NCBI GenBank assembly: GCA_951812625.1
Contig: CATOSP010000002.1
Coordinates: 1,558,788 to 1,622,787 of the forward strand
From: an uncultured Dehalococcoidia bacterium
GTDB taxonomy: Bacteria; Chloroflexota; Dehalococcoidia; Lucifugimonadales; UBA3495
Reading direction: 5' to 3'
DNA: 64,000 nt
In this document: piece by piece, positions 19,666 to 28,921 of the stretch
Numbering within the stretch: the stretch's first letter is position 1
Layout of the letters: each line of letters opens with the position of its first letter
Notes under the pieces: model-generated
Told to the model about the DNA's origin: nothing
Seen by the model: the letters and a program-made list of their open reading frames with translations, nothing else
Databases searched by the model: none
Position numbers and translations under genes: made by a program

Positions 19666-20583
19666 ATGTCACTGCAATGGGAACACGTAGCAGGACCCTT
19701 TAGCCGCCTGACCGAAGGACCGGCCTGGGATGGCCGCCGTCTGCTGTTCACCTACATACCGGCCAGCCGTATCATGGCCTACGACCCGGAGACGGGAGAG
19801 TGCACCGTCTACCGCGAGAATACCAACCACACCAATGGGCTGGCCTTCGACGCCAATGGCCGCCTCTACGGCTGCTGCTCGGGAGGGCGCTCCATCGTCC
19901 GTTTCGAGCCGGACGGCAGCACCATGACCATAGTGGACAACCTGAACGGGCAGAAGCTCAACACCCCCAACGACCTGGCCATTGACCGGCAGGGCCGCAT
20001 CTGGTTCAGCAACCCCTGGAACGCGGGTAACATCGACCCCAGCGAACAGCCGGAGATGGACGGGAGGGACATCCTCCGAGCCGACCCCCAGCCCGACGGG
20101 AGCTGGGCTTGCCAGCAGGTTACATTCGACACCACGGGGGTCAACGGCATACTGGTGTCGCCCGATGAGAAGAGCCTGTACATCATCCAGACCGACGCTG
20201 AACTCGGCGGAGTGCGTGAGCTGCGCTCATATCCCATCAATGACGACGGCTCCTTGGGTCAGTACATTGTCCTCCACCAGTTCGGCAACGACCATCGCGG
20301 CCCCCAGCGTGGCATCGACGGCATGTGCCTGGACTCCGAGGGGAACATCGTCGGCACCGCTGGCAACTACATCAGCGGGCCCGGCCCCATGATCTATGTC
20401 TGGACGCCGGAGGGCAGGGTCGTGGACACATACCCCATGCCTGTGGGCGTTGACGGGCCCACCAACTGCGCCTACGGCGACGCCGACCAGAGCAGTCTCT
20501 ACGTCACTACCATACAAGGCCACCTGCTGCGCCTGCGCAACACTGGCCGCAGAGGCTGGATCATGTGGCCCCCGGTGCGGTAG
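19666..20583 (+). CDS. SMP-30/gluconolactonase/LRE family protein
   Basis: EGPAWD, TNGLAFD, PNDLAID and DGMCLD beta-propeller repeats. Confidence 0.8.
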   Translation: MSLQWEHVAGPFSRLTEGPAWDGRRLLFTYIPASRIMAYDPETGECTVYRENTNHTNGLAFDANGRLYGCCSGGRSIVRFEPDGSTMTIVDNLNGQKLNTPNDLAIDRQGRIWFSNPWNAGNIDPSEQPEMDGRDILRADPQPDGSWACQQVTFDTTGVNGILVSPDEKSLYIIQTDAELGGVRELRSYPINDDGSLGQYIVLHQFGNDHRGPQRGIDGMCLDSEGNIVGTAGNYISGPGPMIYVWTPEGRVVDTYPMPVGVDGPTNCAYGDADQSSLYVTTIQGHLLRLRNTGRRGWIMWPPVR

Positions 20584-20633
20584 GCCGCTTCCGCCAGGAA
20601 CGATAACCGCAATGTGAACCTGGAGAGTCAACG

Positions 20634-22172
20634 ATGAAGTACGATGTTATCGTAATCGGGGCCGGGTCGGCGGGGTGCGTCGTCGCTGCCCGGCTTTCGG
20701 AAGACCCCAGCCGCTCCGTGCTGCTTCTGGAAGCCGGCCCGGACTACCCGGACTTCGAACACTACCCGGATGACCTGAAGTTCGGCTACAACGCCACGGC
20801 TTCACAGCCCGGCGCTCCCCACAACTGGTCCTTCCAGGCCCGGGGACGCCCGGAGCAGGATGAGCCGATGCCCGTGCCCCGGGGCAAGGTCGTTGGGGGC
20901 ACCAGCGCCATCAACGGGCAGGTCATCCTCCGGGGAGTGCCCGAGGACTACGACTCCTGGGCGGCCCTGGGCAATGACGAGTGGGAGTACGTGAAGATGC
21001 TTCCCTATTTCCGGAAACTGGAGACAGACACGGACATCCGGGACGACTTCCACGGCACTGACGGTCCCATCCCGGTGCGACGCTTCCAGAGGCAGGAGTG
21101 GCTGCCCTTCCAGGAAGCCTTCTACCGCGCCGCCCTCGACGCCGGGTACTCCCATGACCCGGATATGAACCACCCCGATTCCGGCGGCGTTGGCCCCGTC
21201 CCGATGAACAACCCCAATGGCATACGCATGAGCACCGGCCTGACCTACATCAACCCCAACCGCCACCGGCTCAACCTTACAGTCCGGGGCAACGTGCTGG
21301 TGCGCCGCATCCTCTTCGACGGCAACAAGGTAGAAGGGGTCGAAGTGGAAAGCGGCGGAGAGGTCTTCAAGGTCGAAACTGAACAGATTGTGCTCAGTGC
21401 CGGGGCCATTGCGTCTCCCCAGATTCTGATGCTGTCCGGCATTGGCCCCGCGGAACACCTGCGCGGTGTGGGTATACCCGTTGTCCACGACTCCCCCGGG
21501 GTTGGCAAGAACTTCAGGGACCACCCCAATGCCCCGGTGCGGATGCGGGTCAAAGAGGATTTCCTGCAAGACGCGGAGGCTCCGAGACTTCAAGCCGGGC
21601 TACGTTACACTGCCGGAGGTTCGGAGTTCCGCAACGACATGCAGATAATGCCGTCCTCTTTCTCCTTCCCCTTGGGCGGAGACCCGCTGGACGGCGAGGG
21701 TGTCCGTTTCTCCTGCATCCTTGAGCTGGCCGCAGGCAAAGGCGAGGTGACCCTGGCGTCCTCCGACCCCCACGATCAGCCTAGTCTCTACTATGGGTTT
21801 CTTGAGGAGCAGTCCGACCGGGAGCGGCTGCGCGAGGCTGTCCGAATCTGCTTCAACCTGATGGAGCACGAGGCTTTCAAGGACATCGTCGAAGGTCCCC
21901 TTACGCCAACATATGAGGACGTGGCCACCGACGATGCCCTGGACGAGTGGCTCAACAAGAACATCACTACCTCCCAGCATCTGGCCGGTACGTGCAAGAT
22001 GGGGCCTGACTCCGACCCGATGGCGGTGGTCGACCAGCATTGCCGCGTTCGTGGAGTCGAAGGGCTGCGTGTCGCCGACACGTCGGTGATGCCCGACGTG
22101 GTGCGTGCCAACACCAACACCACGGCCATAACCATCGGAGAGCGGGTGGCGGACTGGATGAAAGGCCAGTAA
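20634..22172 (+). CDS. GMC family oxidoreductase (choline/alcohol dehydrogenase-like flavoprotein)
   Basis: YDVIVIGAGSAGCVVAARLSED, GKVVGGTSAINGQV, and C-terminal HLAGTCKMG...ADTSVMP. Confidence 0.9.
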   Translation: MKYDVIVIGAGSAGCVVAARLSEDPSRSVLLLEAGPDYPDFEHYPDDLKFGYNATASQPGAPHNWSFQARGRPEQDEPMPVPRGKVVGGTSAINGQVILRGVPEDYDSWAALGNDEWEYVKMLPYFRKLETDTDIRDDFHGTDGPIPVRRFQRQEWLPFQEAFYRAALDAGYSHDPDMNHPDSGGVGPVPMNNPNGIRMSTGLTYINPNRHRLNLTVRGNVLVRRILFDGNKVEGVEVESGGEVFKVETEQIVLSAGAIASPQILMLSGIGPAEHLRGVGIPVVHDSPGVGKNFRDHPNAPVRMRVKEDFLQDAEAPRLQAGLRYTAGGSEFRNDMQIMPSSFSFPLGGDPLDGEGVRFSCILELAAGKGEVTLASSDPHDQPSLYYGFLEEQSDRERLREAVRICFNLMEHEAFKDIVEGPLTPTYEDVATDDALDEWLNKNITTSQHLAGTCKMGPDSDPMAVVDQHCRVRGVEGLRVADTSVMPDVVRANTNTTAITIGERVADWMKGQ

Positions 22173-22202
22173 CGCCCATCCCTGTGGAAGTCTGACCGGC
22201 CG

Positions 22203-22697
22203 ATGGTCCTATTTGTGCGTGGACTGGTAGGCGACCCGGGCGGCGCAGCCATCACCTCCTGGGTCGCCCACATCCTGGCTTGGTGCGTCGGGCTGTGGTT
22301 GGCCTTCGGACCCGTGTACTCAGGTGTGTCCGCGACCCCGGTTCAGGTCAACCCGGAAACCGGTCAGGTGGTCGGGCAGCAGAACTTTGAGGTGACAAGG
22401 CATACCAAGTCTCTCATCGAGTCCAATGGCCTCTGGGTGACAGGGTACTTGCTGGTCCCGTTGGCGTTGACTGGCTTGTCAGTCCTGGCGGTGCGGCTGA
22501 ACAGCGCACCGAGGGCGGTAAGGACGGGTATGCGTTGGACATCGGCAGTTGCACTTCTGGCCGCCTGCCTGGTGTCGATTCTCTCCATAGGCGTGTTCTA
22601 CCTTCCGTCGGTTATCGCCCTTTTGGTCGGGATATGCTTCCGATTGCCTCGAAGTACTGGGGCCATAGCCGGGGCAGCAAACACCGGGCGATGGTAG
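22203..22697 (+). CDS. Hypothetical integral membrane protein
   Basis: 164 aa with four hydrophobic segments. It is last in the co-directional block. Confidence 0.45.
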   Translation: MVLFVRGLVGDPGGAAITSWVAHILAWCVGLWLAFGPVYSGVSATPVQVNPETGQVVGQQNFEVTRHTKSLIESNGLWVTGYLLVPLALTGLSVLAVRLNSAPRAVRTGMRWTSAVALLAACLVSILSIGVFYLPSVIALLVGICFRLPRSTGAIAGAANTGRW

Positions 22698-22723
22698 GAC
22701 TCTGAGAATCTTGGAGGAGGTTT

Positions 22724-22799
22724 TGGCGCGCCTGGCAGGGGTCGAACCCGCAACCCCTGGGTCCGAAGCCCAGTGCTCTATCCATTGAGCTACAGGCGC
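22724..22799 (-). tRNA. tRNA-Arg (anticodon TCG), CCA encoded
   Basis: I folded it manually. Acceptor GCGCCTG/CAGGCGC, D arm GCTC-AATGGATA-GAGC, anticodon arm CTGGG-CTTCGGA-CCCAG, T arm GCGGG-TTCGACC-CCTGC, discriminator G plus CCA. Total 76 nt. Confidence 0.9.
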
Positions 22800-22814
22800 A
22801 TCAAAGGGGCCGGT

Positions 22815-22892
22815 TGGGGCGAGCGACGGGGTTCGAACCCGTGATCTCCTGTGCCACAGACAGGCGCCTTAGGCCACTTGGCTACGCTCGCC
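22815..22892 (-). tRNA. tRNA-His (anticodon GTG) with encoded G-1, CCA encoded
   Basis: Anticodon arm CCTGT-CTGTGGC-ACAGG, T arm ACGGG-TTCGAAC-CCCGT, acceptor GCGAGCG/CGCTCGC. An extra 5-prime G pairs with C73, the bacterial tRNA-His hallmark. Confidence 0.9.
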
Positions 22893-23246
22893 TCGCAAGT
22901 CAGGGGCTTGGCCTGACCAAATAATCGTAACAAAAACCCGAATGCCTTACAAGAAGCGTTCGGAGTTGGATACGAACTGCGTCCATCGGCTTCGCAGCCA
23001 GGACACTTAGCATAGTGCTGAGGTGAGACCGGAAGAGTCGCGAAGTTGAAAGACCTCGGTTTGCCTAACTAAAATAAGCCCAAGACCGTGTTCTGAGCGT
23101 ATAGAGTTGGCATCAAGAGACTCATAATCCCCTTATCCCGAAATGCTGGCGAGAGGTGGGCCTTGGACACTCACGATGCTGGACGAGCCTCGATTCGGTT
23201 CCCCATACCGATATTCTGCGGTGCGTGGTAGCAAGGGAGGTTCGGT

Positions 23247-24194
23247 TTGACGCCTTACATTGTCCGCCGCTTGCTCTGGTTACCTTGCATTCTGATCGTA
23301 GCATCATTCGTCACCTTCGTGCTCGGCCGGTTCGGGCCAGGGGACCCGGTGGAAGTGATCCTGGGCCAGTACAATAAACCGGAAGTCGTGGAGCGCATTC
23401 GAGAACAGCGAGGGTTGAACGACCCCATAATGGTGCAGTATGGGAGGTATTTGGGTCAGGTTATCCGAGGTGACTTCGGCGAGAGTTACAAGTACCGGGG
23501 GAGAGACGTGGCCGACTTGCTGAAGAAAAAAATGTGGGTATCAGCCCAACTCAATCTGGCGGCTCTGATTATTTCGTTGGGGTTGGGGATACCCATCGGT
23601 CTTTACGCAGCTCTGAGCCAAGGGACGGCAAAGGACTCAGTAGCGGTGGCAATTACGCTGTTGGGGCAGTCGTTTCCCGTGTTCCTGACTGCTCCAGCCT
23701 TGCTCATGGTATTCGCATTGAAACTGGGTATCCTCCCCACGAACGGCTGGGGAGGATTCTTTGATACCCGGATCATACTCCCGGCAATCGTCATGGGTAT
23801 TCCAGGCGTGGCCTTCTTCACACGGCTGATCCGAGCCAGCACTTTGGAGGTTATTTCCCAGGACTACGTGCGTACAGCCCGGAGCAAGGGGCTTGGGGAG
23901 AATGTAATCCGCCGCCGCCACATACTGCGCAACTCCATGATTCCAATGGTGACGGTGCTGGGACCCACTATAGCCGGCCTGGCAACCACGTCCTTCATCG
24001 TAGAGCGATATTTCGGGATCCCTGGCGTAGGGAACCTGCTGATCGAGTCGATATTTGCCCGAGATCTACCCATCATCATTGCCGTCGTGCTTATCGGTAC
24101 TAGCCTGTTCGTTCTGGCCAACCTGATAGTAGATCTGATATATCCGCTGATTGACCCGAGGATCCGCCTCACCGGGGGGCAACGTGCAGAGTGA
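23247..24194 (+). CDS. ABC transporter permease, peptide/nickel (DppB/OppB-like)
   Basis: The IVRRLLWLPCILIVASFVTFVL start, the EAA-type loop YVRTARSKGLGENVIRRRHILRN and the PLIDPRIR end. Confidence 0.85.
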   Translation: MTPYIVRRLLWLPCILIVASFVTFVLGRFGPGDPVEVILGQYNKPEVVERIREQRGLNDPIMVQYGRYLGQVIRGDFGESYKYRGRDVADLLKKKMWVSAQLNLAALIISLGLGIPIGLYAALSQGTAKDSVAVAITLLGQSFPVFLTAPALLMVFALKLGILPTNGWGGFFDTRIILPAIVMGIPGVAFFTRLIRASTLEVISQDYVRTARSKGLGENVIRRRHILRNSMIPMVTVLGPTIAGLATTSFIVERYFGIPGVGNLLIESIFARDLPIIIAVVLIGTSLFVLANLIVDLIYPLIDPRIRLTGGQRAE

Positions 24195-25146
24195 CACGCG
24201 CCTTGCGCTGGAAGCCCCTCCTCGTTCCAGTGGGAGCTACTGGTCCATATCCGTGCGGCGGTTGATGCGCAACAAGCTCGCGGTCACGTGCCTCGCAGTC
24301 ATCGTGATTCTCTATGGATCGGGGGCACTGGCGCCCCTCGTCACGTTCTACGGATACGACGACCAGAACCTTAGCGTAGCCAAGCAGGGCCCTAGCATCG
24401 AGCACCCGTTCGGGACCGACCGGCTCGGCAGGGATATGATGACCCGTATCATTTACGGTGTGCGGACCACTGTCATCATCACAGTAATCTCCCTTGTGAC
24501 CGGGAGTCTCGCCCTTGGCGTTACGCTGGGGCTTATGGCAGGGTACTTCGGGAGATGGATCGACTCAGTGATCATGCGTGCTGGTGAGGTCAGCACAGCT
24601 TTCCCGGAAATCTTCCTTATACTGATTTTCGTGTCGATGGTCAGGCCCCCGCTCAAGGAGTGGGTCCGAGGAATTGAGGGGCCGCTCGGGATAGAGATTC
24701 TCAAGCTTGGCGTGGTTGACTATTTGGTGCTCTCCCTAGGCCTCGCGATTTTCTCCTGGTTCGGCATGGCCCGACTGGTGCGCGGCCAGGTCCTTGCGGC
24801 ACGCGAAAATCAGTACATCGACGCCGCCCACGCAGCGGGTTGTCCAACTCCCAGGATTCTACTGAGGCACTTGCTACCGAACATCATGGGGCCGGTTATC
24901 GTGGTAGTGTCCGCCGGGTTGGGGGCCATAGCCGGCGCGGAGGTACTCCTTAGTTTCCTGGGCATCGGGATCCAACCGCCCACACCAAGCCTGGGGTTGA
25001 TGATGTTCGAGTACGGAAGCATCGCGGAACTGCGGGTGAACCCGCACCTGTTGCTTTTCCCGGCAGGCACCCTCACGGTGCTGCTGTTCGCCTTCAGCCT
25101 GTTGGGGGATGGAGTGAACGACGCCTTCAACCCTCGCACCAGGTAG
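24151..25146 (+). CDS. ABC transporter permease, peptide/nickel (DppC/OppC-like)
   Basis: HPFGTDRLGRDMMTRIIYG and YIDAAHAAGCPTPRILLRHLLPN. A GTG at 24184 overlaps the upstream stop and is a plausible alternative start. Confidence 0.85.
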   Translation: MTRGSASPGGNVQSDTRLALEAPPRSSGSYWSISVRRLMRNKLAVTCLAVIVILYGSGALAPLVTFYGYDDQNLSVAKQGPSIEHPFGTDRLGRDMMTRIIYGVRTTVIITVISLVTGSLALGVTLGLMAGYFGRWIDSVIMRAGEVSTAFPEIFLILIFVSMVRPPLKEWVRGIEGPLGIEILKLGVVDYLVLSLGLAIFSWFGMARLVRGQVLAARENQYIDAAHAAGCPTPRILLRHLLPNIMGPVIVVVSAGLGAIAGAEVLLSFLGIGIQPPTPSLGLMMFEYGSIAELRVNPHLLLFPAGTLTVLLFAFSLLGDGVNDAFNPRTR

Positions 25147-25164
25147 GTCCGTGGTGGTTAACTG

Positions 25165-26640
25165 TCAGTTGGCCATTCGGTTTCTGTTCCGCCTCCGCAG
25201 AATCCAGCGGGAGCAAAGGGCGGCGAAAGGCCCAGCAATCAGCAACGTCATAGTCAGGTCCGCCGAACCCTGCCCCGCTAGTGGAGCAGCGCAGCCCGTC
25301 CCGGTGCTTCCGGGACCCTCCTGACCAGGCTGGCTCGCTGGTCCGGCCACACCCTCTGGTTCTGGTGTGGCCGTGGCTGTTGGACCCGGAGTCTCGGTCT
25401 TCGTCGCCGTAGGCGTGGACTCAGTCGCCCCATCCATGCTGCCCGAGGGCGTCGGCAGCACTAGTGGTGGCAGGGACGTTGGAGTGGGTGTTGGGACCAC
25501 CGATACATCGGGTTCGGGCGTTGGCAGGGGGTCTATGCCGATATCCTCACGCCAGCGGGCGTCTAGGCCCCGCACATCGAAGCCGTAAACCTGTTCAAGG
25601 GCCTTGTCGATGTCACGTGTCTCTCCAAGGACGGCCATCAACTCGGCCATCTTGTCTTCACCTTCCCAGGAGATCATATGGTACACCACCGACGTGCCCT
25701 GACCATAGGCGACAATTATGTCGTTCGGGCTACCGCTGAAGGTGTTCAGGAACCAGAGCGGTTTGATAGTCCCGCTCTGTATGCCGCGCTGTAGTGCCGC
25801 TCCATACTGGCGTTCCTCCACTATGTTTGCATATTCGGCTAATCCCTCGTTCAGCCATGAAGGTACGTCACCCTGGATATGCCCCGTCGCTTCAGCTACC
25901 AGGAGATGCGTGAATTCGTGAGACACTGTGGATTCCACCGAGGCATCGTGGTGCACCAGCAACACGCGCTCGTCTGTGAACGCAATCCCCTGCGTGATTA
26001 GGCGCTCGCGGACTGCTTCCGCCCGGAAGGGGACAGCTGCGATCATGTCCCGGTAGTTGTCGTAGGAAACGATGGTGAAGGGTTCGTTTATCTCCACTCC
26101 GAGTACAGGCGTCATACGCTCTATCGCATGTTGGGCAGCTCCCATAACGACCTGTGCATCTGCCTCCGCATTACTGCCATAGGTGTAGACTCTTATCAGA
26201 CCCTCAGTTAGCGTGTGCCACTCGAAGCGAATGTCAGTGTACGTAAACTGTTCCCGCTGGGTCCTCAGGACGTTGTTGCCCTCGTCATGAATCTCAAAGA
26301 AGTAGCTGAGAATGGTGCCCGGTGGAATCGACCCTCCACTACCCCCGCTCTTCAGGAACGCATCGGCTTCCACTTCGGTGCCCGGCTCGAACTCCGCTAC
26401 ACGGTACGCGCTCTTGGGCTGACCACCCACGATGCGGAAACGCACCCGGATATCGTCTATCTCCTCGGCGCTCCGGGCCCTTACCTTGAATCGAATGCCG
26501 TCTGGGAACTCGCTCTTGGCCTCGGCCTCCAGCACTGTAATCGTGCGCTGACCGCCCTGTGCGTGTACTGGTTGAGTCACAGTTGCCCATGAGAGTGCTA
26601 TGATCGACATTACCGCGATGAGACTCAGTTTTTTGTTCAT
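25165..26640 (-). CDS. Secreted MA-clan zinc metallopeptidase-like protein with Pro/Thr-rich linker and C-terminal membrane anchor
   Basis: Signal peptide MNKKLSLIAVMSIIALSWATVTQPVHA-QG. HEFTH followed by WLNEGLAEY (gluzincin pattern). PT-rich region, then a Cys-containing segment, a TM helix and an RRRNRNR tail. Confidence 0.7.
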   Translation of the reverse strand: MNKKLSLIAVMSIIALSWATVTQPVHAQGGQRTITVLEAEAKSEFPDGIRFKVRARSAEEIDDIRVRFRIVGGQPKSAYRVAEFEPGTEVEADAFLKSGGSGGSIPPGTILSYFFEIHDEGNNVLRTQREQFTYTDIRFEWHTLTEGLIRVYTYGSNAEADAQVVMGAAQHAIERMTPVLGVEINEPFTIVSYDNYRDMIAAVPFRAEAVRERLITQGIAFTDERVLLVHHDASVESTVSHEFTHLLVAEATGHIQGDVPSWLNEGLAEYANIVEERQYGAALQRGIQSGTIKPLWFLNTFSGSPNDIIVAYGQGTSVVYHMISWEGEDKMAELMAVLGETRDIDKALEQVYGFDVRGLDARWREDIGIDPLPTPEPDVSVVPTPTPTSLPPLVLPTPSGSMDGATESTPTATKTETPGPTATATPEPEGVAGPASQPGQEGPGSTGTGCAAPLAGQGSADLTMTLLIAGPFAALCSRWILRRRNRNRMAN

Positions 26641-27088
26641 GTCACAAGTCTATCCCAGATACAACTTACCACGGAACCCGATGGGTGGACGATTGCGAAT
26701 CATTTTGGAGGACAGCAACGTTCCGTCCTCGTTGGTCTGGTCTACTGACACCTGGCCCCTTTTCACGCCCGGACACTTTGCCATATGATATCTCTTAAGG
26801 GAGACGGTGGGGGCGATGGCCGTTCCGGGGCGACGTGTTCCCCAAGCGCAACTCGACCAAGGCGGCGGAACGGGGGAATGCTTGCCCTCAGCTCGGGGAG
26901 AGGGTGACCGGAAATGTCCGGATATGACCGGAAAATTACATTTTCTCCTCACAAGGCAGAGATTGATCGGGGTTTGGGCATCTGCCCGGGTGGGATTGAC
27001 CCGGCTTCATCAAGGGTTGGAATCCACCGCTCTTGCATCCGCTGAACCGACCACCCGAAGCGGAATGCCGCCCGAACGGACAGGGTTC

Positions 27089-27117
27089 TTGACTCCCGGG
27101 TTAGCGGTTACTAGAAT
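27089..27117 (+). promoter_or_regulatory. Candidate sigma-70-type promoter upstream of mqnA-like gene
   Basis: TTGACT, a 17-nt spacer, then TAGAAT, about 95 nt upstream of ATG 27211. Confidence 0.35.
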
Positions 27118-27210
27118 CCCAGTTGGCGCCAGATGTCTCCAGATTGGCCCCACTATTCGTGGGGTCGGCTCCCTTCCACAAGCTGCCTATACCGGCTGTT
27201 CCTGAAGAAA

Positions 27211-27975
27211 ATGACGAATATGGCATTTCGGGTTGTACGCATCCCCGGCCTTTGTTACGAGCCGTTTTACATCGATATGGAACGCCGCGGAGTGCGGGTG
27301 GTAGACCTGCCACCGGAAGAACTTATGACGGCACTTGATGAAGGCGAAATTGATGCTGCCCCGGTAGCTTTGCCCGACTGGTTCCGAATCGAAGACCGCT
27401 TCGACCCGGTTGCCGGTTTCTGTGTATCTGCCAACAACAGGGCCGTCACAGGTGTCCTATATTCCCGGATACCCCTGGAAGAGCTTGGTGGCGCTCCCAT
27501 CGGAATAGCACAGCACGACTCAGCTTGGGTGCAATTACTTCGGGTCCTCTTGTCGGTGAAGTACGGTCAGGCTCCAGGGCTTCTAACGTCACCGCAGGAC
27601 TCACCGGAAGCCCTGCTACTGACCGGGAACGACGCGCTGCGCCGTAGACGTAGCGTCCGAGGCTATCCCCACAGATACGACCTCGGCCAGGAATGGCGAG
27701 AATGGACGCATCTACCGTTTGTTTTCTCCAGGTGGGTCGCCCGCAAGGATGCTGCCCCTCAGAATCTCGCATTGCTTGAGGATACCCTGTACGTTGGCCT
27801 GGAAGATGGAGTAGATGGGCTTTACCATCTGTCCGAGCCTAGGGATGATGTCCTGATGCTGGCTAAGGACGTCATGGCCTATATACAGGGGCTCCGCTAC
27901 TATGTGGGGCTGTCCGAACAGAAGTCCATCGACCTGTTTCGAGAATATCTGGACCGAATCAGCCCCACAGGCTGA
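27211..27975 (+). CDS. mqnA: MqnA-like chorismate dehydratase (MqnA/MqnD/SBP family, futalosine pathway)
   Basis: IPGLCYEPFY, GEIDAAPV, LLLTGNDAL and DLGQEWREWTHLPFVFSRWVARKD fit the MqnA pattern. The start is ATG 27211 or 27220. The listed 27133 start looks over-extended. Confidence 0.65.
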   Translation: MTNMAFRVVRIPGLCYEPFYIDMERRGVRVVDLPPEELMTALDEGEIDAAPVALPDWFRIEDRFDPVAGFCVSANNRAVTGVLYSRIPLEELGGAPIGIAQHDSAWVQLLRVLLSVKYGQAPGLLTSPQDSPEALLLTGNDALRRRRSVRGYPHRYDLGQEWREWTHLPFVFSRWVARKDAAPQNLALLEDTLYVGLEDGVDGLYHLSEPRDDVLMLAKDVMAYIQGLRYYVGLSEQKSIDLFREYLDRISPTG

Positions 27976-28039
27976 TCCATCTCCGCCTCGCCCTAATTCG
28001 GGCCTGCAATCTGGAGTCTTGGAACGTCTGGAGGCTGCG

Positions 28040-28903
28040 ATGGCCAAGGTAACGGACCGGTGCTTCGAGGCCACCCGTAATGACTGCTTCCTCTGCGACT
28101 TCTCGCCTCCCCGTTCTGGAGACCCCGCAACCACAGTCATCCCCGACATTCCCGCCGACTTTGTCGCCGTTGCGTATAACCCCGGGAGGGCAGTACGAAC
28201 AAACTCGTCGGTCTTGGCCGCTCATATCAAACGTCACACAGGTAGGGACGTAACCTTCACACTGGCTACGCGAGATATGAACAAGCTTGCCATCGAGTCT
28301 CTGCTGTTGGGAGCACAACTACTGGGTCTAGAGAACACGATAGTCGTGCAAGGCGACGACTTCAGCCCAAGGGATCTCGAGAGAGTCAAGCATGTGGGCG
28401 ACTATACCCCAACAGATCTCATCAAGTCGATTGCAGCGATGAACACTGGTACCGACTTCAGGGGAAGCCGGTTGCGCTCCCCGGCTGACTATTGCATCGG
28501 AGCCACTTTGGATCTCGGACGCGAACCTCTTAACGAGGTCAAGTTGGCGCGCTCAAAAGTGGACGCGGGTGCCCACTTCTTCATCACCCAACCCATCTTC
28601 GACCCCACGGATGCCCACCGTTTTCTGGATTCCTACAGAACATATTCCGGTGAGGACTTGGCGATACCGGTGTTCTTTGGCCTGCAAGTTCTGAAAGCCG
28701 AAGGGGTCCTGTTCAGTTCCGTCCCTGACTCGCCACGCTACGAATTGGGCCAGGGCCGGGGCGGGGTTGAAATCGCCCTGGAACTTTACGAACGGTTCCG
28801 CGAATCCGGTATACACAACGTCTACTTGATACCCCCCATCGCTCGCGGAGGCGCAAGGGACTACGAGGCAGCCCAGCGGTTTCTGACAGCGGCGGGGCGA
28901 TGA
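28040..28903 (+). CDS. Methylenetetrahydrofolate reductase-like (MetF family) protein
   Basis: ATG 28040 follows GGAGG. CDFSPPR, FVAVAYNP, HTGRDVTFTLATRD and IVVQGDD align with MetF motifs SFEFFPPR, FVSVTYGA, TGLEAAPHLTCID and IVALRGD. Confidence 0.65.
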   Translation: MAKVTDRCFEATRNDCFLCDFSPPRSGDPATTVIPDIPADFVAVAYNPGRAVRTNSSVLAAHIKRHTGRDVTFTLATRDMNKLAIESLLLGAQLLGLENTIVVQGDDFSPRDLERVKHVGDYTPTDLIKSIAAMNTGTDFRGSRLRSPADYCIGATLDLGREPLNEVKLARSKVDAGAHFFITQPIFDPTDAHRFLDSYRTYSGEDLAIPVFFGLQVLKAEGVLFSSVPDSPRYELGQGRGGVEIALELYERFRESGIHNVYLIPPIARGGARDYEAAQRFLTAAGR

Positions 28904-28921
28904 CGGAACGATCAGCGGATG

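Noticed and set aside
20802-21593. 263-aa minus-strand ORF
   Set aside because: It is antisense to the GMC oxidoreductase, whose FAD-binding and C-terminal motifs are clear.
26905-26934. TGACCGGAAA repeated with 20-nt spacing
   Set aside because: A 10-mer recurring within about 30 nt is expected roughly once or twice by chance in a window this size. There is no supporting context.
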